NCBI GenBank assembly: GCA_951406725.2
Contig: OX597830.1
Span: forward strand, 10,726,001-10,790,000
DNA length: 64,000 bases
Reading direction: 5' to 3'
From: Octopus vulgaris
Lineage: Eukaryota
Position 1 is the stretch's first letter, and each line of letters opens with the position of its first letter. Of the stretch, positions 53,853-64,000 are shown piece by piece. A program made the position numbers and the translations under genes. The notes beneath the pieces were generated by a model. The model searched no databases and was not told where the DNA came from. It worked only from the letters and a program-made list of their open reading frames with translations.

Positions 53853-54262
53853 ACAGATACTTTTCTCTTTGGTCAAGCCCTCATCAGCTTTTTCAAGTTT
53901 CACTTGAAAAGGAAAGTGAGGGTAGAGAGAGAAAAGTTGCTCACCAGCTATTTGGTTGAATGGTGGGTAAATGAGATAAGAATATTCCAAGTGAACAGAC
54001 CTGCTTTGAACATGTTCCTGTAGACGATGTGGAGAGGGCACTTGCTCTAGTGGTCAGGGCCTCCATGGTTTTGTGGGGTTTCTACAAGGATCCCTAGGTA
54101 GTCTCTCTCTTTTAGGGGAGTTAGTCTTTGTGAAAATATATATTTTTCTAATCTTTTACACTTTTTTACATGCCTTTTATATAACTCCACATTGTATTGT
54201 GCTGTAACATCCCCAACGTTTTTTTAAATTTTTTGTGAACCCTTAGGGGTTAATAAAGAAAA
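53853..54262 (+). pseudogene. Tx1/L1-like LINE ORF2 end and 3' UTR, part 2
   Basis: TDTFLFGQALISFFKFHLKRKVRVERE...LVEWW...MFL* (stop 54021-54023) continues the frame broken at 52862; AATAAA at ~54252. Confidence 0.7.
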
Positions 54263-54299
54263 CATTATTATTCCATGAAGGAAATTTGCCACCAAAATG

Positions 54300-54495
54300 T
54301 GGTGGTCTCATAAGGGACGATGCTTCTGTTGTCTATAGCCCCAGGAAGACATCTCCAACTGGCTAATGACATATCATGTATGATTAGTATTTGCAAAGGG
54401 AAATCTTTGCTCCCATCTTTGCTCCTTACATGATAAATACAGACCCGGTGGGTGGGGGTTCTGGGTAGTAACCCATCATCAGTGTGTGACATTCA
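54300..54495 (-). mobile_element. Divergent, partly deleted relative of the retrozyme-like family
   Basis: Shares cataaggga..atgct.ctgtt..tagccc.aggaa and tatttgcaaaggg blocks; the minus strand has CUGAUGA uggguuacuaccca GAA but no stem III or cleavage triplet. Confidence 0.55.
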
Positions 54496-55222
54496 CCAGC
54501 TAGTAATTAGAACTCATTCCAAACACAAAATACTATATGCTTTTTCCAGTGACAAACTTTCGGTGATCTCAGTATTGTTATTATTATTATTAAGTTGGCA
54601 CTCACAGACTTGTTAGCAGACCAGACAAGATGCTTAGTAACATTTTGTCCATCTTTATATTCTGCACTGAAATTTCGCAGAGACAGACTTTGCCTTTCAT
54701 CCATTCACAGCTGATAGACTAAATACCAGTTGAACACTGGGGTTGATGTTATCAATTACACCCCACTCCAGAATTACAGGCCTTGTAGAAAAGATTATTA
54801 TTATTATTATCATTATAAAATAAATACCAGTTGAGTACTGGGGTCAGTGTAATCGACTTAATCCCTTGCCAAAATTTCAAGCCTTGTGCCTATAGTAGAA
54901 AAGGTCGTCGTCGTCGCCATCATGATGATGATGATGATGTTTGATTTTTGCTTTGTATTTGTACAAGTTGACTCCAAGCCTCACTCAGAGATCTCAAGAG
55001 ACAAAATGTTAGAAGTCCATGTTGCTGTTATGCCTAGGGTGCCATATATTTGGTTTCACACAAAGTATTGTTCTAGAGAATGTTTAAGAAACCATAAGAA
55101 AATTATAAATTTGTTTTAGAATTTGAGACTACATAGACAGTATTTTATGTAGGATATGGGCAGTTCTTTTGAATTTCTGCCATTTTGAGGTTTCCTGGTA
55201 AGTAGCAATCAGCCCCTTTTCA

Positions 55223-55271
<49 letters not shown>

Positions 55272-55537
55272 GCTTTGGTTTTGCCTAAATTTATACAAGT
55301 TTCACCTAAGTGTCAACCAGAGATATCAAGGGACAACAAGGTTTTGCACTTGAAGATGCTAACAAGTGAGGTATGCCATGCATTTGCAAACGCTGATGTC
55401 TGTGGGAGAAAAGAAAAACACAAAATGAGAGGAATTTATGTAGAAGATGTGAAGTATCCATAAGTACGCTCTTTTGTAATTTGTTTGTTTTGGGGCCGAC
55501 CATGATTTCTCCCTTATGAACTTTATTTCCTGTTTTG

Positions 55538-55656
55538 TGTCACAGCCATATCATGTTGAATGCCCTGGTTCTCATCCAGTTACCAGAGTTAAGTAACGTC
55601 AAGCCTAGTTAGTACTTAGATGGGTGGCCACTTGGGAAACCTAGGTGTTGTAAGCA
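55538..55656 (+). pseudogene. Degenerate full-length 5S rRNA copy
   Basis: gccatatcatgttgaatg..ggttctc...agttaag.aacgtc.agcctagttagtactt.gatgggtg.cc.cttgggaa is colinear with metazoan 5S rRNA; many CpG-type transitions; no oligo-T terminator. Confidence 0.85.
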
Positions 55657-56180
55657 TCTCACATCTGAGGAATTCCAACCAGGTTTCGTGGTTCACTACC
55701 TCAACAGCTCCTTTATAGAATCCAGTGGTTAAATACATCATCAGGAGGGACCACGTCCAGTTTCAGCCCCTACTCCTCCACTGTTTTCAACATGACAGGG
55801 CCCCACTTTCGAAGGTGACTTCAACTCTGGTGTTGAGTGCATTTCTTCTTTTCCTTTTTTTCTTTTGTTTTTTGGTTTCTTTGATGCAGCATCAATGAAT
55901 GTCAGCAGGTGACTGACCATCTTGCCAAATTTCCCTTTAAATACTCACTGGTAGGCTCCAGCAGCCAGCACCAGCTAGTTGTCACATGACAGTGTCTAAA
56001 CTTTAACTGAGCAATGGAGGGGAAGGGTGTGTAATCTTAGCCCGCGCCCTCTCTAAACCTGCCTTCAAACAGTGTCGTGTTAGTTTCAGTTCCAGCAGCC
56101 AGAGCCAACCAGCTGTTTGGTGGTACAAGCCTTCGAACCAGAAGGAGGAGGTGCTATGAACAAGAATGCTACCTTGGTCT

Positions 56181-56235
56181 AGCCTAGTTAGTACTTAGAA
56201 GGGTGACCACTTGGGAAACCTAGATGTTGTAAGCA
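56181..56235 (+). pseudogene. 5S rRNA 3'-half fragment
   Basis: Same as 53216-53270. Confidence 0.8.
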
Positions 56236-56824
56236 TCTCACATCTGATATGCTGGTAGCACAAAAAAGGCACCAAGCACACTCTGTAAAGTGGTTGGGTG
56301 TTCAGCCATAGAAACCACACCAAAGCAGACAATTGGGACCTGGACAGCTCCCTGGATTGCCAGCTCCTGTCAAACAATAAACCCATGCCAGCACAGAAAA
56401 CAGACATTAAATGATGATGATGGGGAGTTTTGCTTTTTGGTAGGAATATTTAGTCGGTCTATCGACTTTTGATGCTGTACAAAGTCAAGTCGACCCTCTT
56501 GCAACAAGATCCAAGCTGAAAACTACCAAATTTAATACAGTTAACTAATATCCTGTAACAAACTAATGACTTTTCCCTTCAAACCGATCTCACAATTTCT
56601 GTATTTATGAAAATATCAAATTTCTGTTGATATTCAAATAGGTGCAGGCATGGCTGTGTGGTAAAAAGCTTGCTCCCCAATAACATGGTTCTGGGTTCAG
56701 TCCTACTCTGTGACACCTTAAGCAAGTATTTTCTAATATAGCCTTGGGCAGACCAAATCTTTCTGAGTAGATTTGGCTGATGGAAACTGAAAGAAGCCCA
56801 TCATACACACACACACAAACACAA

Positions 56825-56855
<31 letters not shown>

Positions 56856-57072
56856 CAGAGGTTGGCCCAAATGCAGGTTTGCAGTTTTTCAAATATCTCT
56901 TTTGCATTCATATATCAACAGTTTATATCTTAATCATAAAGATATATGAAACCATTATTCTATGCTAATTAATTAATTAATTGTAAGATAGAAATTTAAA
57001 TGTAATAAAATGCTTTAAAAGAAATTTAAAGTGCCTACATGATAACTGTAAACCTACTTTCGGGCCACTCTG
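56856..57072. mobile_element. Tc1/mariner-type MITE (217 bp)
   Basis: TA on both flanks; ~30-bp imperfect TIR cagaggttggcccaaatgcaggtttgcagtt / aactgtaaacctactttcgggccactctg. Confidence 0.8.
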
Positions 57073-57132
57073 TACATGTATACATTTTCAGGATTAAATA
57101 AAAAGAAGACAACAAACAGAAACTATGGCATA

Positions 57133-57179
<47 letters not shown>

Positions 57180-57506
57180 TACCTTTATAAACAAACCCGA
57201 AAGGGTTTGTGATTTACGGAGAGAAAGCTACTATGGAAGGCTCATAGTATAATAACAAGTATATATTAACTAAATTTGACTTAAATTGATGGGTAAGCAT
57301 TCAGCCAATCAGATTCGCAAGGAACCATGGAAGCATCGATTTGTGAGTTCGATTCAGCCTGAGACTAGCTCATCATTTTTGGGTCATTTTTTCATAGTTA
57401 AAAATTGTCGCTTTAAAATCGGAGAATAACTATCATTATGATATATATTATATACAGTTATTACATACATATATATTACCCTCTTTCTCTTTAGCCTCAG
57501 ATACAA

Positions 57507-57550
<44 letters not shown>

Positions 57551-58149
57551 ATACACATACACACATGTTCTCTCTCTCACTTCCTCCTCATCCACTTCAC
57601 CCTCTTGTGCTGTCTTGTTCCTCCCCACCACTACCAAACTCTATAAAATGATTAAAATTCCCCACAAAGGAATTATTTTGATTTGAAAACCCCACTAGAA
57701 TGGGAGAAAGCGCTAATGATCTAAGTGATATGATATATATATATAAAATGTAATATATAAATAAATATCTGTAAATATAAACCATCCGATCTTCTGATTA
57801 CCTCATTTCTTCTAATATATAATACCTGTACATCATCTCCAAACCTTCCTATATATATATATATATATACACACATATATATTTTTTATTTTTTTTATTT
57901 TATCTAGTTTCAGCTCACGAGCTGTGGCCATGCTGGGGCACCGCCATTAAAATTATATATATATAATTTTAAAAAAAACGTGTGGTAAATAAACAAATGA
58001 ACAAATACTAAATAAACAGGGGAACAGAAAACACAGAAGGTCACCAACTCCTCAGGTATCAGCCAGAGGGTCAAACACGAAGGGTCAGATATATATATCT
58101 GATGTTCTCTGGTCATTTATTCATTAAGTAATATATGTATATATATATG

Positions 58150-58558
58150 TTCTTTTATTCGTTTATGTGTTTCAGTCATTTGACTGTGGTCATGCTGGAG
58201 CACTGCCTTTTAGTAGAGCAAATCGACCCCAGGACTTATTCTTTGTAAGCCTAGTACTTATTCTATCGGTCTCTTTTACTGAACTCCTAAGTTACGGGGA
58301 CGTAAACACACCAGCATCGGTTGTGAAGCGATGTTGGTGGGACAAACACAGATACACAAACACACATATATATACGACAGGCTTCTTTCAGTTTCCGTCT
58401 ACCAAATCCACTCACAAGGATTTGTTCAGCCCAAGGTTATAATAGAGGACACTTGTCCAAGGTGCTATGCAGTGAGACTGAACCCGGAACCATGTGGTTG
58501 GTAAGCAAGCTACTTACCACACAGCCACTTCTGATATATCATCATATGTATCTGATAT

Positions 58559-58589
<31 letters not shown>

Positions 58590-58990
58590 TCTTTTATTTG
58601 TTTCAGTCCTTTGCCTGCAGCCATGCTAGAGCACTGCCTTGAAGGGTTTTAGTCAAAGAAATCGACCCCAGGACTTATTTTTTTTAAGCCAAGCACTTAT
58701 TCTATTAGACTCTCTTATTGAACTGCTAAGTTATGGGGACATAAACACACCAACATCGGTTGTCAAGTGGTGATGGGAGGGAGAAACACAAACACAATGG
58801 CACACACATAGATATATACACATATACATATACACACACACACACACACACACATGACGGGCTTCTTTCACAAGGCTTTGGTCAGCCTGAGGCTCTAGTA
58901 GAAGACACATGTCATAGGTGCTACACAAGGGGACTGAACCCAGAACTATGTGGTAAAGAAGGAAACTTATAACCACACAGCCACGCCTGG
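58150..58990 (-). mobile_element. Two adjacent family A SINEs
   Basis: Reverse complements at ~58150-58533 and ~58590-58990. Confidence 0.8.
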
Positions 58991-60490
58991 GCCTATATGT
59001 ATATTCAATATATATATATAGGAGTAAATACACACACACACACACACATATATATATATTTACATACATACATACATACACACATTTTCTATATACAGGA
59101 ATATATACACACAGGTATATACACACACGCTTGGCACACTCTGCTAAGTGGCTGGCATTAGGAAAGGCAACCATGCCACAGCAGGCATTAGGAGTCTGGA
59201 TAGCCCCCAACTGGTCAGCTCCGTGTCAAACTGTCCAACCCATGCCAGCATGGAAAAACAGATGTTAAACGATGATGATGGCAATGCTGGTAATGATGAT
59301 ACACATTTACATACACAAATGCATACATACACATACATGGGTACATATAGACGAGCATAAACTCAAGCAGATACATACACACATGCACACACATACTTAG
59401 ATTTATATATACACACAGAGGCATATGCATGCACGCACGCACACATACATACATATTTACATACATACATACATACATACACACATAGGACCTTACTTAG
59501 GTACACACACATACCTGCATACATACAGGCACATACACAGATACATACAAACACACACAGGACATGCTAACACATACACACACACATAAGCACATACTGA
59601 CACATATACATATTCACACATACAGGAGCACACTCACACAAACACATAGGCACGTACACTGAAACATACACACACACATAGTCACAGAAATACATATAAA
59701 TGCACACACATGTGCACACACACACACACACGTGCACACACACACACACATGTGCACACACACACACATGTGCACACACACACACATGTGCACACACACA
59801 CACACACAGAGTAAACCTTCCATCTCCCTCCAAGGTGAAGAAATAAATTTTAATTAAATAAAATGACAGAAAAAAAACAACAACAATAATAATAATAATG
59901 GCGACATTTTGAAACTGTAATTAAAAGGTTAGAGACAAGATGGGGGCGGTGGAGGTGGTGGCAGAGAGGGGTGGCTCGAGGGGGTTGGAGCGTGGGGGTG
60001 GGTGGGAGGCTGAAGTGAGTGGGAGGCGAGGGGTGGGTGGGTTAGAAACAACTGGTCTTGAAATACTTGTTTAAAGAAAGGTTGCAGTGTGGGTGGGTGG
60101 TCGGTTGGGTGTGAGGGTGGGTGGGAGAGGGTTTGCAGCTAAAGACAACTACAATAGCAGTAACACAAACAGCAACAACAATTACAACAACAACAATGGC
60201 AAAATCAGCACCAATAGCAATGGTGGTAGCGGTGGTGGTGGTGGTGGTGGTGGTGGCGGCGGTGGCAGCAGCAGCAGCAACAACAACAACAACAACAACT
60301 ACAACTACTACTACTACTACTACTATAGTTGTATCAGTGACAATAGCAAGAACAGCAACAACAACTACAGTAGCAGCAACAATCAGCAACAACTGTAGTA
60401 GTAGTAGTTGTAGTAGCAGCAGCAGCCACGGTGGTAGTGGTGGTGGTGGTGGTAGTAGTAGTAGTATCGGCGGTGGCGGTGGTGGCGACA

Positions 60491-60523
<33 letters not shown>

Positions 60524-60712
60524 GTATCGGCAGTGGCGACAGTGGTGGTGTGGTAGTAGTAGTAGTGGTGGTGGTGGTGGTGGTGGTGGTGGTGGTAGTA
60601 GTAACAATAACAACAGCAATAGCAGCAACAACAACAATGAGTAAAAGCAATAACAACTACGAAAGCAACAACAGAAAAACAACTGCAACAAGAACAACAC
60701 TAACAAAATAAT

Positions 60713-61743
60713 AACGAGAGCACTCAGAGAGTGCAAACCTCCACCAAGGCAACACCAACGTCCTCTCAATGATTAGACAGAGATGATTTTTAAAATGAGA
60801 GTATCCGAAATAATCTCAACTGCTCTCACAAATGAAAATGCTAAAAATGAACCCGACTGCTCTCAAAAATTAATTTAAAAAACAGGGAAAATAACCCAGA
60901 ATCCTTATTCAGTGCTGGATCGATCCCAAACAAACAAACAAATATGACTGAAAACAATACCTCTCTCCTTTGCCAAATGGAGGTAATAACAATAATCATA
61001 AGAGCATTCAGAGAGTGCAGACCTCCACCAAGGCAGCACCAATGCCCACTCCATGATTAGCCAGAGATGGTTTGTAAAATGAGAGTATCTGAAATAGACT
61101 TGACTGCTCTCACAAACGAGAATACTAAAAATGAACCTGACCACTCTCAAAAATTAAGTAAAAAGAAAACACAAGAAAAATAATCCAGAATCTTTGCCCG
61201 CTACTGGATCGACCCCAGAATCTAATCACTTTGTGCCAGTCACGAGGCCAAATATCCATGAAAGTTTCATCCAAATCCATCCAGCGATTCTTGGGATATC
61301 TTGTCCACGGACAAACAAACAAACATAACTGAAAACAATAACTCTGCCTTCGCTAAGGCGGAGGTGATAATAGTAATAACAAGAGCACTCATAGAGCACA
61401 AACCTCCACCAAGGCAACACCAACGTCCTCTCAACAATTAGCCAGAGATGATTTTTAAAAATAAGAATATCTGAAGTAAACTTGATTGCGTTCACAAATA
61501 AGAATATTAAACATGAATCCGACTGCTCTCAAAAATTAATTTAAAAAACAGGGAAAATAACCCAGAATCCTTGTTCAGTGCAAGATCGATCCCAAAATCT
61601 AATGAGTCCGTGCCAGTTATGAGGCCAAACATCCCTGGAAGTTTCATCCAAATCTATCCAGCAGTTCTTGAGATATCTTGTCCATGGTGTAACAAACAAA
61701 CACAACTGAAAACAATACCTCCGCCTTCGCTAAGGCAGAGTAA
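60713..61743 (-). mobile_element. Three tandem Helentron-associated (HINE/DINE-1-like) elements
   Basis: Each unit on the minus strand: subterminal IR acctccgcc..ggcggagg, (TTTG)n, ggatttggatgaaac motif (deleted in unit 1), 3' subTIR ggtggaggt and terminal hairpin gcactc-tct-gagtgc; units ~60713-60987, 60998-61368, 61378-61743. Confidence 0.75.
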
Positions 61744-61934
61744 ACAATGACGAAACCAACCACAATTGGAATGACACCAGCAGTTAAAACAACCACAGCA
61801 ACATCAAGCACAACATTTACAATCATAGTAACAAAACAATATAAAACAGTAACAAGAGTGACATAACAACAGCAGCAACGTGAATAACAAGAAGATCAAG
61901 GACAACAACAGGGACAACAAGCATGTGTTGTATG

Positions 61935-62235
61935 TTTGTTCCTTCTCAAGCCCTTCCTGGCTCATAAGGGCCGGTTTTCCGGTTTCTTGGCGTATATGTT
62001 CCCCACTTGGACGGGACGCCGGTCCGTCGCAGGTGAGCTGCAAGATGCAGGAGGAAAGTGTGAGAGAAAGTTGTGGCGAAAGAGTCAGCAGAAGTTTTGC
62101 CATTATCTTCTGCCGGAGCCGCATGGAGCTTTGGTGTTTTCACTCACAAACACACACATCGCCCGGTCTGAAATTCGAACCGGCGATCCATCGACCACAT
62201 GTCTGCTGCTCTAACCACTAGGCCATGTGCCTCCA
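61935..62235 (-). mobile_element. tRNA-derived SINE (family C1)
   Basis: Reverse complement of 27862-28165. Confidence 0.8.
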
Positions 62236-62857
62236 ACAAGCATGTCATCAGTTACGACAATAACGACAGCTGCAACATGAACATCAATAAGAACTGGCAG
62301 TCTGTCAGGAAATTGATGTTTAAGTGGTCGAGTACTCCACAGACATGCATACCTTTAACTTAGTTCTCAGGGTGATTTAGTGTGACAGAGAATGTGACAA
62401 GGCTGGCCCTTGCAGGTGAAACTCATTTTTGCTAGATGAGTGGAGTGATGTGGAATAAAGTGTCTTGCTCAAGGACACAAAGAACCCTTGAGAATCGAAG
62501 TCATGAGCTTACGATCATGTGCCAAATACCCTAACCACTAAGCTCTGTGTCTTCACAAATTAACATGTAGATGGCTGAGTACACCACAGACACGCATTCA
62601 CTTAAAGCAGTTCTCAGGGAGATTCAGTGTGACACACAATGTAACAAGGTTGACCCTTTGCAATTACCGGTACAAACCATTTTTGCGAGCTGAGTGGAAT
62701 CGATCTCATGACCTTACAATTGGGAGCCAAATACTCTAACCATTAAACTACGTTTCTTCACAAATTAACATGCAAATGGCTGAGTACTCCGCAGACATGT
62801 ATGCACTTAATGTAGTTTTTAGAGAGATTCAGCGTGTCACACAATGTGACATGTGAT

Positions 62858-63076
62858 AAGGCAGCGAGCTGGCAGAAGCGTTAGCACACTGGGCGAAACA
62901 CTTAGCGTTACGTTCTGAGTTCAAATTCTGCCAAGGTCGACTTTGCCTTTCATCCTTTCGGAGTCGATAAATTAAGTACCAGTTGCGCACTGGAGTCGAT
63001 CTAATCGACTTAATCCCTTTGTCTGTCCTTGTTTGTCCCCTCTATGTTTAGCCCCTTGTGGGCAATAAAGAAATAA
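62858..63076 (+). mobile_element. Family-B SINE with TSD
   Basis: TSD aatgtgacatg at ~62843-62853 and ~63078-63088. Confidence 0.85.
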
Positions 63077-63722
63077 GAATGTGACATGGCTGGTCCCTTC
63101 GAATTACAGGTACTCATTTTTGCCAGCTGGGAGGAGTGGGGCAATGTGAAATAACGTGTCTTGCTCAAGGACTGAATGCACCACCAGGAACTGAACACAT
63201 GACCTTACAATCATGTGCCAAATGCCCTTACCACAGAGCCACATGGCTTCATGAACATCAGTAGCAGGAACAACGTATCAGCTACATGGACAACAACAAC
63301 ACCAGTGGAGGCGCAATGGCCCAGTGGTTAGGGCAGTGGACTCACGGTCGTAAGAATGCAGTTTCGATTCCCAGACTGGGTATTGTGAGTGTTTATTGAG
63401 CAAAAACACCTAAGCTCCACGTGACTCTGGCGGGGGTGTGGGGGTGAACCCCGCTGTACTCTTTCACTCCTTCTTCCTATTTGTGTCTCAAAACAGAGGA
63501 ACCATGGTGCAACCCACTATGGTATGGTAAACTTTCAGTCCCTAGTCTAGATTGCGAATCCTATGTACCCCAGGATGGTTCAGCTCTCCACCCATTAAAA
63601 GCCACCATTTACGGAATGAGGATAACAACATAGCTTTCACGCCCGTGCAACCGCCAGTCTATCGCATGTGGTGGGTGGAATTAGAGATTATTCTTCGTAG
63701 CTAATGGCGAGAGTCATGATTG

Positions 63723-63762
63723 GAAGGAGAAGAAGAAGAAGAAGAAGTGGAAGAAGTAGTGG

Positions 63763-63793
<31 letters not shown>

Positions 63794-63812
63794 GGAAGAA
63801 AAGGAAGAAAAG

Positions 63813-63853
<41 letters not shown>

Positions 63854-63939
63854 GGAAGAAGAGGAAGAAAAGGAAGAAGAAGAAGAAGAAGAAGAAGAAG
63901 TGGAAGAAGAAGAAGAAAAGGAAGAAGAAGAAGAAGAAG

Positions 63940-63970
<31 letters not shown>

Positions 63971-64000
63971 GGAAGAAGAAGAAGTGGAAGAAGACGAAGA
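63723..64000 (+). repeat. (GAA)n-rich polypurine tract running off the window end
   Basis: Direct observation. Confidence 0.95.

Noticed and set aside
53856-53895. Minus-strand CTGATGA...GAAA
   Set aside because: No stem II or stem I pairing; it lies within the Tx1-like ORF on the plus strand, so likely chance
55538-55656. Functional 5S rRNA gene
   Set aside because: Many substitutions, an altered 5' end and no oligo-T terminator; called a pseudogene or repeat head instead

Overview
Eukaryotic, AT-rich, extremely repeat-dense animal DNA with no recognisable host protein-coding gene. The SINE families and microsatellite load resemble a coleoid cephalopod such as Octopus (inference from pattern recall, not a database search). 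Almost all long entries in the ORF track are translations of microsatellites or SINEs. True coding remnants are all transposon-derived: a Helitron Pif1-type helicase fragment (4918-6135), two RTE-like LINE fragments and a split Tx1/L1-like ORF2 end. The window also holds hAT, piggyBac and Tc1/mariner MITEs, Helitron and Helentron non-autonomous elements, degenerate 5S rRNA copies and minisatellites. The best hidden signal is a ~345-bp repeat family, tandem at 13.4-14.2 kb and dispersed at 1.3-1.6 kb and 54.3-54.5 kb. On the minus strand it carries a type I hammerhead ribozyme at the tip of a ~140-nt hairpin, with compensatory changes between copies, which makes it a candidate non-LTR retrozyme (circular RNA) system. 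A second ~190-bp family carries a minimal Penelope-type hammerhead with a non-canonical core. Other notable structures are an apparent composite hAT-MITE insertion with an 8-bp TSD, a ~1-kb templated insertion that splits a LINE, and a 5S-headed repeat. All alignments and folds were done by eye; coordinates of degenerate ends are approximate.
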